Source: Octopus sinensis
Lineage: Eukaryota
NCBI RefSeq assembly: GCF_006345805.1
Contig: NC_043009.1
Span: forward strand, 58,590,001 to 58,654,000
Direction of reading: 5' to 3'
DNA: 64,000 nucleotides
Position 1 is the stretch's first letter. Each line of letters opens with the position of its first letter. A model generated the notes under the pieces. The model did no database searches. It worked only from the letters and a program-made list of their open reading frames with translations, and had not been told where the DNA came from. Position numbers and translations under genes: made by a program. Shown piece by piece: positions 1 through 14,306 of this stretch.

Positions 1-104
1 AGAAATGAATTGGTGAATTCCCATTTGAGTAATCCCTGCTATTTTGGAAGTAATGCTCAGCAATATATATATAGTGAATGTGTGCACATATGTATGTATG
101 TGTG

Positions 105-137
<33 letters not shown>

Positions 138-982
138 ATACATAGATAGATATATGTGTTTACATGCGTGTATATGTGTGTGTAAGTGTACATGTATATA
201 TGTATAAATGCATATGTGTATATATATATAGGTATATACATACATACACAAACACACACACACACATATATATATATAGTGATAGATATAGATTCATATA
301 GATATATACACACGTAGACACAACGGTAAGCCTTACATCTAAAGCAAGTGGATTGACCAAATGGGAATTATATATACACAACATTTTAAGCATATATAAT
401 ACATGTATATATAGAGAGATACGGAACTACATACGTACATACATACAGACAGATATATGTGCATATGTAGGTATATACACGTAAACGTATACATATATAC
501 ATATATAGGCATATATACACATATATGTTTATATATATGTTTATTTGTGTTTGTGTGTTGCTGGTGTGTGTGTGTGTGTGTGAGTGTGTGCGTGCATGTG
601 TACATGTCAAATTGCCGATTGGGGACAAATCTTGTATCGGAAATTGTACAATTCATCAGATTTCGGTATATTTTAAACTAAATGTGGATTGCGTCCACAC
701 GGGAGTTAGATATGAAGGAAAAGCGAAATTTGCGAACGCCATGTAAATTCTCTTTCTAAATTCAAGTATACATTCACACACTTACGTGTACACTTGTGCA
801 ATTTACACACACATACACACATCCACGCTTGTACACACATACACTAACACTGACACACAATCTAACACGCATGCATATATATACATATATATATGTATAT
901 ATATGCATATATATATATACATACATATATATGTTTATGTGTATACGAGTGTATCTGAGTGTTTCTGGATATTTATGTACAA

Positions 983-1020
<38 letters not shown>

Positions 1021-1708
1021 ATATATGTGCAAGCATGTATTCATCTGTGTGTGTATACATGTGCATATGTATATATATGCATGTGTTGTTGTATGTGTGC
1101 GTAGGTGTGTATGTGTTCGTGTGTGTGTGTGTGCGTATGTGTGTGCGTGTGTTTCAGGATATAAAGTTTTCTTTGCAATCGTCTCCGTGATAAAGAGTCC
1201 GTGAAAAAAAAAGAGAAAAAAACATGTACGTAAAAGTGAAGTCAGGAATGAAGAAAACAAAACCAAAAATTATATTCAATAAATAGATAACATCCTCATA
1301 TACACTCACCAAGAAAATCTGTTATTGTTTGCATTATTTTGCCGCGCTGGGGGTAGCAATAGGCAAGGAAGAACATACAAAAACAATCAAAACAAAACGA
1401 CTCCTATCTACGAACACAATGAAAGACCAGTTGACAACGTGTGACAAACAATCCGCCATCATAGTTACAATGAAATTTCTCTCCGCGTCTCTCTCCCTCT
1501 CTATATCTACCCTCTTTCTCTTTGTATGTGTGAGACATGGATAGATAAATATATAGAAAGAGAGAGAAAGAGAGCAATGGTAAGAATGCAATTTATATAC
1601 AGAAGAATACTCGCAACCTGAGGATTTCCTTTCACAATTGTACATAAACCATATATATCGTGCTTTACGTTTGCCATTCTCATATGTTATGTTGTTCGAT
1701 CTTACATC

Positions 1709-1752
<44 letters not shown>

Positions 1753-2025
1753 TATTATTATTATTATTATTATTGTTATTGTTATTATATTATTATATAT
1801 TATTATTATTATTATCATCATTATCATTATTATTATATTATTATTATTATTATATTATTATTATTATTGTTGTTATATTATTATTACTATTACTATTATT
1901 ATTACTATCATTATTATTATTATTATTATTATTATATTATTATTATTATTAATATTATTATACTATTATATTACTATTATTATTATTTATTATTATTATA
2001 TTATTATTATTATTATTATTATTAA
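1709..2025. repeat. (ATT)n microsatellite, imperfect
   Basis: Long ATT run seen directly; explains the poly-I/L/Y ORFs at 1638-2025. Confidence 0.95.
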
Positions 2026-2624
2026 TGTTGTTGTTTTTGTTGTTATTTATTTATATATATGCTTTGCGTTGGTTTTGTTATACAATTGTGTGTTTTATGT
2101 GTTTCTAGTTTTTCGGTACATTTGGTGTTATGTTGCTTCTTGTTTGTTGTTAATATTTGTTACTGCAGTTGTTGTTGTTGTCCTCCTCCTCCTCGTTGTT
2201 GCTGTTGCTGTTGTTGTTGCTTTGCTGTGTAGGAATCGATGTATAATCTGATAGAGTTATGATGTGTACTTGCACAACGATCTATCAATCTATTTATCTA
2301 TTAATCTATTTATTAATACAAACCATATGAGAATAAAACTATAACGCACACACACAGATACACAGAAATAAACACAGATAAACACACATACACACAGAAT
2401 TATGCACATTCTCACGCGCGCATACACACGTACGAATGCTCACACATTGGAGTGTGTTCTAAAGAATTCGCATTTGTAAGTGAAAGAATTGCTGAAATCA
2501 GACATCTGTCGAATTACAATACAATATCATTAATACAGAGTTATTCATAGTGAATTCCGACTATACAACATACAATATATTCATGCATTGCCCAATTATA
2601 TATATGTACATATATATGCATATG

Positions 2625-2689
<65 letters not shown>

Positions 2690-2861
2690 ATATTATAATA
2701 TATATATAATATATATATTATATGTATGTACATATATATATATATATATATATATAAACATATATGTATATCCTTAAATCCTTAAAAATGTTTAATCCCG
2801 AAGGCCGCGGCCATGCTGGGGTACATATATATATATATATTAGAGAGAGAAAGAGAGAGAG

Positions 2862-2971
2862 AGGCGCAATGGACCAATGATTAGGGCAGCGAACTCGTCG
2901 TCGTAGGATCGCAGTTTCGATTCCCAGCCCGGGTGTTGTGAGTGTTTATTGAGCGAAAACTCTTAAAGCTC
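2862..2971 (+). mobile_element. tRNA-derived SINE family B, head only (3' truncated)
   Basis: ggcgcaatggaccaatgattagggcagcgaactcg...gtttcgattccc with A/B-box-like motifs; homologous to 26417-26600. Confidence 0.8.
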
Positions 2972-3021
2972 CATATATATATAAATTCATACATACGTAC
3001 TTACATACCTACATATATAGA

Positions 3022-3068
<47 letters not shown>

Positions 3069-3417
3069 TATGTTTGTCTCGTATAAGGCGGTTTTAGTGC
3101 CGTTGTTGGTACAAGAATATTTCATGACACGCTTGATTTGAAATAAACTTAGGATGTCGAGGTATCATATATAGTAAGCTGAAAATTGAGCAGAGATGGA
3201 CACGCCATAAGGTACACACTAGCTATGTAGTAGTTTTAAGATTAATGTCTACCAAACAAATACATGAGTAGATCAGTTAACGGACTACGAAGAATCTTGT
3301 ACGGAAATCGTTTGAATAGATTAATAGACTCGTGATTATAATCGTAAATATTTGCCTAATATTACTTGTAGAAATCTCTTGTCTGGAAAGAGAAACTTTA
3401 AACGACGGAGCTATACC

Positions 3418-3647
3418 TATTTCTTTATTACCCACAAGGGGCTAAACGTAGAGGGGACAAACAAGGACAGGCATATGTATTAAGTCGATTACATCGACCC
3501 CAGTGCGTAACTGGTACTTAATTTATCGACCTCGAAAGGATGAAAGGCAAAGTCGACCTCGGCGGAATTTGAACTCACAACGTAACGGCAGACGAAATAC
3601 CGCTAAGCATTTCGCCCGTCGTGCTAACGTTTCTGCCAGCTCGCCGC
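3418..3647 (-). mobile_element. tRNA-derived SINE family A (tail type 1), full length with TSD
   Basis: Matches 62841-63071; B box GAGTTCAAATTCC; central gaggtcgactttgcctttcatcctttcg domain; flanked by cgacggagctatacc at 3403-3417 and 3659-3673. Confidence 0.9.
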
Positions 3648-4507
3648 TGGAGCTATACCGACGGAGCTATACCATTACCTGTATCTGAAAATATAAAACC
3701 TTATTTATGTTTCCATGGAGTGTTGCGAAATATTCCCCACTAAATCTTCTGTGGTATATTGTGTACATATCGTATTTATATACTGCGTGTATCAACATAT
3801 ATTCCTCACGATGTACATGCGTTTTCCATATCCACCGTTGCATAATATACATATATCACATTGATATTCTACATTTGTGTTTGTCTCATACAAACACAAG
3901 CACCAATACACATACACACACACACAAACAAACACACACACAATGAATGAGTAAGAGGTTGCCTTATCTCTTCATATTATATCAAGTTTCCTGAGCGTAA
4001 TATAACACGACCGATATCTCGAGTATATGTAGACAAATTGGAGGAAAACAAGATGGCGTCTTACTTATCGTGAGATCTGAAAACTCATTGGTCCAGTTGG
4101 GTCACCTCGCTTTAGTGAAAACTCAAAAACAGACCGATCTAACATTCCGTGCAGATATCAAAGTCACTTCGCTATTGAGGCGAGGTATTTGATGCATCAG
4201 CGACATCACTGACGCTTTATGTAACGTAAAGACCTGAGTCAAATTGTTACTGAATAAAGAGCGCCGAGAATACGTGTTGAGCACTGCTCCTGTTCGATTC
4301 TTAGCTGTGTTGTGAGTATGTATGAAACTAGTGGCAGGCATGGGTATGTGCTTAAGGAAGTCGCTTTGCAACCTTGCTTTCGGAATCAGTTAGTAATGCG
4401 AGGCAACTTGGTTGTGTGTTTTCTACTAAGCCTCGGGACTGGCTAATGATTTTTGAGTGATGTTGGTAGAGAAAACCTACGGAGAAGATCTTAATTAATT
4501 TGCACAT

Positions 4508-4722
4508 GCGGCCAGCTGGGAAATACGTTAACACGCTGGGCGAAATGCTTACCAGTATTTTGTCTGCATTTACGTTCTGAGTTCAAATTCCGCCAAGGTC
4601 GACTTTGTCTTTCATCCTTTCTGGGTCCATAAATTACGTATCACTTCTGTACTGGGGGCAATGGAATCGACAGGTCTCCTTCCACCAAAATTTCGGGCCT
4701 GGTGGCTGGAGTAGAAAGGTAT
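4508..4722 (+). mobile_element. SINE family A (tail type 2), diverged
   Basis: Same head and core as family A but tail ...aaaatttcgggcct...gagtagaaa shared with 32180-32390 and 58664-59025. Confidence 0.8.
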
Positions 4723-4834
4723 TTACTCATGTATAATATGTATGTGTGGCCATCTTCTCTCCATGAAATAATCATTGTTGTTTTGCATCAACGCAATATA
4801 TATCTTATATATATATGTATGTATGTGTGTATAT

Positions 4835-5050
4835 GTTTGTGTGTCTGTGTTTGTTCTCCCAACATCGCTTGACAACCGATGCTGGTGTGTTTACATCCAC
4901 GTAACTTAGCGGTTCGGCAAAAAAAAAAACTGATCGAACAAGTACTAGGCTTCCAAAGAATAAGTTTCTGAGGTTGATTTGCTCGACTAAAAGGCGGTGC
5001 TCCAGCATGGCCGCAGTCAAATGACTGAAACAAGTGAAAGAGTAAAAGAG
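4835..5050 (+). mobile_element. SINE family C (CORE-type), 3' half
   Basis: aacatcgcttgacaaccgatgctggtgtg...ggcggtgctccagcatggccgcagtcaaatgactgaaacaag, matching 37403-37772 and 10939-11350. Confidence 0.85.
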
Positions 5051-5289
5051 TAGAAGAGCTACATGTGGACATTCCAAACAAGCCAATCACGTATTTCTAT
5101 TACGTAACTCGTCGCAGTTCTCCTCGATGCGCGCCCACGCAGATTATTCCCCAACTAAATCCATAACTAAGCGAATTGCATTCCACAGATCTTCCACGCA
5201 CACCATTACATCATCTCTAAACCAGCGAGAGAACAATCAATAAGAGTTTAGTGTGTTTCTGCATTGATATCGATGACGGCGCACTACAT

Positions 5290-5340
5290 TATGATGATGA
5301 CGATGATGATGATGGTGATGATGATGATGACGACGACGAC

Positions 5341-5392
<52 letters not shown>

Positions 5393-5561
5393 GTGGTGAT
5401 GGTGATGATGATGATGATGATGATGATGATGGTGATGGTGATGATGATGATGGTGATGGTGATGATGATGATGATGATGATGGTGATGATTATGATGATG
5501 ATGATGATGATGATGGTGATGGTGATGATGATGATGATGATGACGGCGATGATGATGATGG

Positions 5562-5594
<33 letters not shown>

Positions 5595-6222
5595 CGAGGC
5601 AGACGACGGCGACGGTAATGATGATGATGGTGATGATGGAAGTAGCGGCGGCGGTGGTGGTGGTGGTGGTGGTGGTCGTCGTCGTCGTCGTGTTGGTGAT
5701 GATGGTGATCATGATTGTGGTTCTAAATATAATGATGATCACGATGATGACGATGGTGGCTGTGATGATATCGATAGTGATGATGACGATGATGATGATG
5801 ATGATGATGATGATATCTATGTTGCCCCTGTGGTTATTTCTTCTTTTTTGCTTTTGGCATCCTCCTCCCCTTCATCTTGATCAGTATCATCATCATAATC
5901 ATCATCATCATCACCGATATCGTTAACATCATTACCGCTGTCACCGGCACCACTACAAACAACGACGCCACCACCACCACCACCGCAACCAGCACCACCG
6001 ACACCACCCCCACCGCCTCCACAACCTCCACCACCTCCACCTCCACCACCACCATCATCATTATCACCATCGCCATAACAGAAAAATCCTCCTCACCATC
6101 CATCCATATCGCTGTTGCTGCGACTTCTATTCTTACTCCACTCCTTCCTCCTCCTCCTCCTCCTCTTCACCCTCACCTTCCCCCTCTTCCTCACATTACT
6201 ACTACTACTACTACTACTGATG

Positions 6223-6277
<55 letters not shown>

Positions 6278-6289
6278 CACCACCACAAT

Positions 6290-6322
<33 letters not shown>

Positions 6323-6800
6323 AAGTAGAACCACTGCCAGAACCACTAGCACCACCACTATCACTGCAACTACTACCACCACCAAAGCGTTGCTACTGCT
6401 GCTGCTGCTGCTACTACTACTGCTACTACTACTACGACGACGACGACGACGATGAAGCAAATTTCGTTTGTTTTCATCATCATGGACATCAATATCAGCA
6501 ACCTTTCTTCTTCTTCTTCTTCTTCTTCTTCTTCTTCTTCTTCTTCCTCATCCTCCTCTTCTTCTACTTCTTCTTCTTTTTCTTGTTTTTGTAATTGCTG
6601 TTGCTATTCCCGCTCTTAATTCTTTCAATTTAGCACACGAAAACCACCACAGACCCCCCCCATCACCGACCACCCACCCACCAACCCTACTCTGCCGCAA
6701 AACCTACTCCAACAGCAACAACAACAACAACAACGAAATCACCACCAAAACCACCGCCACCAAAAACAACAACAACAACAACAACAAAACCAATAAAAAC
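5290..6800. repeat. Compound trinucleotide microsatellite field (GAT, GGT, GTC, CAT, CAC, CCT, ACT, AAT, GCT, GAC, TTC, AAC)
   Basis: Successive triplet runs seen directly. Confidence 0.95.
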
Positions 6801-7508
6801 AAATGCTACTAGCGCCACCATCAAACTTTAATCACCCTATTCTCTCCAATCACCGCCATCACTACCAAAAAAACCACCCCAATCACCACATCAACACTTT
6901 CACAAGTTCGTTTTAATTTATTTTTACTATATATATATATTATATATATATATTATATATATATATATATATATATTTATAATTTTTTTTGTTTGTTTAA
7001 TTTTGTTCCTAATCCTACTCCTTATCTTAAAGCTCGAGGGCGAAACCGTTACGCCGATTCTGCAGCGTTAATCAGATTTCCTAGTTTCTCATTTAAACAG
7101 ATATCAAATGGCAAGTTAATTTACTACGTTTGAAATTAACACAAACACTGGAAATTTACATCACTTAATGGTGAAATTAAAACGGCAAACATGGAAATAT
7201 ACACATAGGTGGTTATAGCGAAGCACACACACACACACTCACACACACACACATACAAAGAAATACGTATACATACACATACACAAGCGCACATGCACAC
7301 ACATATATCCATACATTAATCTACGCATTTACATACACACACTTATAAATGCATACACATATATATATATATATATATATATGTATGCATACACACCCGA
7401 CTTAGTCTTTTATTATTTTTTTGCAAATTCTCACCATACATACATACATACATATACATATATATGTATATATGTATGTGCCTTTATCTATGGATGTACA
7501 TGCGCACT

Positions 7509-7593
<85 letters not shown>

Positions 7594-8061
7594 TAAAACC
7601 GGTAAGATATATAATATATATATATATATATATATGTATATACTCACGCACACATTTATCTATGTATATATATGTACACATAAATCCATAATTGTATATA
7701 TTCTTCAATATGTGTGTGTGTGCATGTATGTGTGTGTGTGTGCGTGCGTTTGCATGTATATATGTGGGTGTAGGCTTTAAGCATATTTACATTCTGTTAT
7801 AAAGTCCCATAGCCATACAGGCTGCATCACACATTGGATGCGAGATATAAGAGGGGAACAACGACCTCTCGCGCATACATAATCATATATACAAACACAC
7901 ACATAGACGCACACACACACTCACACACACACACACACACTCAATCACTCACGCGAACATGTTCAAGCATACACGTTGACTCATACCCGTAACTCAACAT
8001 ACAACTAGACACATCTTCATCCACATTTGAATTCATATATACATACATGCATAGACACATG

Positions 8062-8093
<32 letters not shown>

Positions 8094-8320
8094 TACATAT
8101 ATACATACATACTTATATACATACATATATATAAATATATGTATGCAAATGTGTGTGAGTGATTGTGGGTATCAATATTTATATACGAATATGTTTGCAT
8201 GTATATACATATGTATCTGTATATACACATATATAATATATACAGTTACATTCAATATAGGTACGTGTATACATAAAATTCTATAATATATATATTTGTA
8301 TGTATATTTCTCCCTCTCTC

Positions 8321-8355
<35 letters not shown>

Positions 8356-8445
8356 ATATAATATATATATTGTACATATACATATAAATATATTTATACA
8401 TATCTATACGTATACATATATACGTATGTGTATATATATATATAT

Positions 8446-8487
<42 letters not shown>

Positions 8488-8637
8488 GTAGATATATGTA
8501 TATATGTATATATATATCTGTACATATATATATATATATGTATCTAAATATACACATATACATATATAGATATATATACATATATATATATGTATATATT
8601 ATATATATATAATATATATATATATATATGTATACCC

Positions 8638-8684
<47 letters not shown>

Positions 8685-8685
8685 T

Positions 8686-8732
<47 letters not shown>

Positions 8733-9383
8733 TGTGTGTATGTATGTATGTATATGTACTCATAAGCATATACGCACACCCATACACGGTTGAAATTACT
8801 CTGATTGATCTTTATGTACGCACATCAACCGAGAAAATCGTATACCTGCTAATGCACTCTCGTAAATGTTCGTACGTAATCATAGAAAGATGCACATATC
8901 TATATTGTCTTGAAGAAACACAAGAAATTCTCTATTATACAGCTACGAAATTTCGAGAAAATGGCAATAAGGAAATAGAAGAAATGGAATGCAAATCTAA
9001 TTATGAGGTAACAATGAAGAATCGATGATATTATCACGTGACCTAAGGATGACTTTAAATGTTTATTTATATATATATATATATATATACATATATATGT
9101 ATGTATACACCTGTGCATGTATATATATATATTTAATATTATATATATAATATATATATATATATATGTAATGTATGTATGTATACACACACACCATATA
9201 TGTATAGGTAGGTGAGGTAGATTGATCAGTAGATAAATAGATATTTATATATATGGGTGAGTTTGTATGTAGGTATGCATATATATTTATATATATATAC
9301 ATATGTGTGTGTGTGTATATATATACATATATGTGTGTTGTGTGTGCTTGTGTGTATCTGTGCATATATATATATATGTTCGC

Positions 9384-9455
<72 letters not shown>

Positions 9456-10938
9456 ATGTATATGCATGTGCATGTATATATATAATATATATTCCTTGTG
9501 TGCCAACGTCTGAGTGAATATAGTCGTTGCAGGTTGGTAATGATTCCGTATATATTTACCTGGCCTTGAAAACGAGAGCTGAAAAGTGAAGTCCCCCACC
9601 ACGAGTCGAGAAGTAACCTCGTGCGTTGTTACATGAACAGCTTCAAATAGGAGCCAAGAGACCCTGAAATCGCGACCAAGTTTCATTTGAAGGTGCATTG
9701 CGTAAAAAAAAATTCTGGGCGCACTCCGAGTAAACAAAAGATGATGGATCACAAATGGAAACGTCTTTAAACATTGGTCTGCTGGACGTCTTCTGATCTG
9801 CTGTCGAACATCAGTAATTTGAGTCATGAAGAAATATTTGTTGTCTCGAGTGCAAAAATATGCTGAGCAATCTTGTGTATGTCTTAGGAGAAGGACGTGC
9901 GCTTTTTAGACAACAGTATGTTTTAAATATTCGTAACATCGCTGGACGGCATTCTGGGAGACCGGTATTACGACCTGTTTTTTTTTCACGTCAGCCTGAG
10001 TTAAGCGGATCTTTCAGATTAGCCAATAGCGCTGGATCTGTTTCTTCTTTCAGTGAACAGAATTGCTTGCTGGTCGATGCTTATAGCTCCCTCCCAATCG
10101 ATTTTTGTTTATGAATACGAATTTTGTAACCATCATGCGTGAATAATAGACTGGATGTTTGAAAGAAGAGCGTTTTTCAGCATAGTTTTGCAGGATAAGA
10201 GCTTACCTACTGCTAAACATCAGAGGCAATGGCATCTAATTACGGAGCAATATCAAACCAATATGGAGACACAAATAGAAACTACCTGGGTACGAAGAGA
10301 AGGAAAGAATGTGGGGCGAAGCAAACCACGACGCAATAGGCGGGGCATCACAATATCAGATTCCCTGTTAAGGGATTTGGCTGCGACATTAAACCTGGGT
10401 GTGCTATCTCCTATAAATTACAGTCTATTTTTGCGCATCTTACTAAAAGTCTCTCACAATAGCTAAGTTCTGTGTATTCTGAAATACACCATACAGAATC
10501 AGAAATAACGAGAGTAACTGAAGAGCTGAGGTGGGGGGGCCAGCACGGAAGGCAAGAGTTCCATCGGCTCCTCAATGTGCCATTTAATTGCTCACATTTT
10601 AACTCAGAATTGAACGCTTGTATTAGTCAATAATTCTCAGGATCCACAAAGGGTAAAGCGGTTAATCTTCTGAGGCATAAGGGACGAACACCATTAAAAA
10701 CTAGATCGGTATAGGTTCTGTGTGGTGGTGGAATGTAAGTATATCCGTTTAGTTTACAGGTGAGACAGAGGTATGGATTTGCAAGTTCCTATGAACCATC
10801 AAATGAATAGGGACAATGTGGAAGTACATCCCATCAAATCTACAGAAAAAAGTGCAACCAGGGAAACTAGCGTAACGGTACAGGGAACAAGTCCCAGTTA
10901 CTATACATGTGGCAGGAACTGGAAAGATGAGGAAAGTA

Positions 10939-11113
10939 TGTGGTAAGATTGCTTCCCAACCACATGGTTCCGGGCTCAGTCCCATTGTGTGGAACCTTGG
11001 GTAGGTGACGTCTACTATATAACCTCTGACCGGCCACAGCTTTGTGAGTGGATTTGGTAAAAGAAGCCTGTTGTATATATATACACACACACACACGTAT
11101 ATATATATATATA

Positions 11114-11149
<36 letters not shown>

Positions 11150-11350
11150 ATTTGTGTCTGTTTGTCCCCACCACCATCGCTTGACAATCGTTGTTGGTGT
11201 GTTTCTGTTCCCGTAATTTAGCAGTTCGGCAGATGGGACCGATGAAATAAGCAATACGTTCAAAGTATACAAAAAATAAGCCCAGGGTTCGATTTCAACA
11301 ACTAAAAGGCTGTGCTACAGCATGGACCCATTGAAATGACTGAAGCAAGA
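10939..11350 (+). mobile_element. SINE family C (CORE-type), near full length with internal (TA)n(TG)n
   Basis: tRNA-like head tgtggtaag...ggttccgggctcagtccc, then accttgggtaggtgacgtctactata resembling the MIR/CORE motif ACCTTGGGCAAGT. CORE-SINEs are established in octopus; the exact named family is not verified. Confidence 0.85.
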
Positions 11351-11751
11351 GAGAGAAAGAGAGGAAAGGGAAAGAGAGAGAGAGGGGGGAAAGGGAAAGA
11401 GAGAGGGGTGGGGCGAAGAAACAACGACAGATTCCGGTGTTTGCTACTGTAATAGTCCCGGTAATCGAAAAATGGGAAACGACGGAGGAGATCACCATGT
11501 ATTCGATCCCACAAGCGGCCGAAGTCGATGGTACCACACTCACCCACCGATCAGTATCATCCTGTAAATATGAGGTGGTTGTGAGTCGATAGAAGCCTCG
11601 GGAAGGCAGAAACCTTTCACATATATTTATTAGAATACCGATATTGTGTACATTTTTCTCACACTTCCCTTCACTAAAAAATGCCATTCGCTGCATCCAT
11701 CCATCTGTCAATCCATCCATCCATCCATCCATCCGTTTGCTCGTCTGTTTG

Positions 11752-11800
<49 letters not shown>

Positions 11801-11996
11801 CTATCTAACTATCAATGCCGTATGTATGTACATATGTATATGCGCTTCACTTTAATATGCACAGCAATGTGCATATACATACAGTCATTTATATGTGTGC
11901 ATGTGTCTGTATATATGTATGCATGCATGTATTTACGTGCGCGTTTTTGTTTCTGGAGGTTGGTATGTATATATGTAGCAGAAAAGATGGATGAAT

Positions 11997-12231
<235 letters not shown>

Positions 12232-12919
12232 ACATGTATGTATGTAATGTATATATGTATGTATTTCATTTCTGTAAGACCATGTGTAAGACCAGGCATA
12301 CGCACCACGTTTGCACGTTAAGTGAAAAGTATAATGAAACTTTAGTGGAGGTGAGGGAGGGAGATATATTGTCATTGGTTCCAATTTGGTCTGATGTCTG
12401 TTTTGTCGTGAAAACTCTGGGGAAATAAAACTAAGAGGCATGCGAAAGAAGATGGTATGATGCATGTTTATTCATCCAAAATTTGCTTCCTTCAATCCAT
12501 CTCTCAATCTCAGACATTCTTGTTCTACTTGCTTCGTTATTCTGTTCATTTGTATCTACCGATCCCTCTTCCTCTCTCTCCTTCTGGGTCATCTATATGC
12601 ATATATATCATTATACATACATGATTTTACACACATATATATATATACATATATATTACTTATTTATTGGACATATTTCACTAAACGAAAATTTCTTAAA
12701 AGTAATATCGTAAAGGGTTTTTTTATTTTGCTATATTTTGATAATTTTATTTATTTTCACTTTAGTTCATTTCCTTGGAAATTTTCAAGACTTTTCTATA
12801 TTAGTATATAAATAAGCCAAGTTACAATCCCTTTCTGTATTCTGACAAACCTTCTTATTACCAATATTTTAATCTTTACTATCCCCAAGATGTTTGATCC
12901 ATATATACATATATATATA

Positions 12920-12966
<47 letters not shown>

Positions 12967-13152
12967 CATATATACTGACTATACATGTATATAGATACAT
13001 ACACACACTTACATATATATATATATATATATATATATGGCCGAAGTCAAATGACTGAAACAAATATGAGAATAAATTATAACGTACATACATACATACA
13101 CAGACATATAAATGAATTTATATATATTTATAGATATATTATATATATATAT

Positions 13153-13185
<33 letters not shown>

Positions 13186-13599
13186 GTATGTATGCATGTA
13201 TGTATAAATGTGTGTATGTGTGCATATAAGACAGCTAATCCAACGGCAATTCACTATGCTCGAGTTGGGGGGAGGCATAGGAGAGGAAGAGAGCTAGAGG
13301 ATGAAGAGAGGGAGAGAGAGGATGAAGAACAAACGACATATACACAAAGTTTTGATAGCTTGTGGGTATCGGAATTCGTGTTGTTCACTGGTCTTTCTCT
13401 AAATAAGACATATGGAAACATGTGCATTAAAAGAATGACCAGTGCGACCGTGAACAGCTATTGTGGAATCATCATGATGGACTTGAGCAGCCTGGGGCTA
13501 CAGTAGCAGTGACTTGCCCAAGATACTACGCATTGGGACTGGTTCGGAGAGCAGGTCGTTGCAAAGCGAACTTCTTTATGGCACAGTCATGTGCGAGAG

Positions 13600-13965
13600 G
13601 TTGGATGCATAAGTATATAATATGACTTTGTGGTTAGGAGCTTGCTTTCCAATTCCGGGTTCAGTTTCACTGAATGGCACCTCTAACTAGTGTCTTTTAC
13701 TACAGCCTCAGCCCGACCTAACCTTGTGATTTAATATGGTAGACGGCAACTGAAAGAAGCGTGTCGTATATATATATATGTGTGTGAGTGTTTTTATGTG
13801 TGTTTAAGTCTTTGTGTCTGTGTTTGTCTCCTCACAGTCGCCTGACAACCGTTGTTGGTGTATTTACATCCTTGAATAAGTCTTGGAGTCGATTTCTACT
13901 GCTAAATCCACTTGAAGAGGTGCTCCAACATTGCTGTACTCAAACGAATGAATCAAATAAAAGAT
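13600..13965 (+). mobile_element. SINE family C, old diverged copy (an opposite-strand fragment lies at about 13480-13580)
   Basis: Recognisable head, CORE-like part, (TG)n and tail aggtgctccaacattgctgtactcaaacgaatgaatcaaataaaag. Confidence 0.7.
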
Positions 13966-14063
13966 AATAATATATATATATATATATACATACACACACA
14001 CAGAGACACACATACACACACACACACACATATATATAGATATCGATATATATATATATGTAG

Positions 14064-14103
<40 letters not shown>

Positions 14104-14164
14104 GTTTGCCTGTGCGTGTACACATATTTGTTCGTAACTTCAGCGATTTGAAAGCCTTGCAGCA

Positions 14165-14306
14165 ATATGAAGCCTCATGGATGACGCAAGTCTATATTTC
14201 AATAAAACGCATACCTGCAGGCTTTGTCTAGCAGAAAAGGTTCACATTAGATATACCACTTAACTATAGGGCGGAATTATTGTCCAATTTCCATGAAGGA
14301 AAAAGA
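14165..14306 (+). pseudogene. Penelope-like element remnant, C-terminus of the GIY-YIG endonuclease region
   Basis: Manual translation gives CRLCLAEKVHI (14216-14248), a frameshift, then LNYRAELLSNFHEGKR. This resembles the PLE C-terminal CxLCLxEK..I...LNxRxEL motif from my recall of the family. Confidence 0.55.

Noticed and set aside
4050-4062. AAGATGGCG YY1/start-like motif
   Set aside because: The following ORF is six codons long and there is no other promoter evidence.
9063-9827. 254-aa minus-strand ORF
   Set aside because: Half is microsatellite; the unique half has no motif I recognise.
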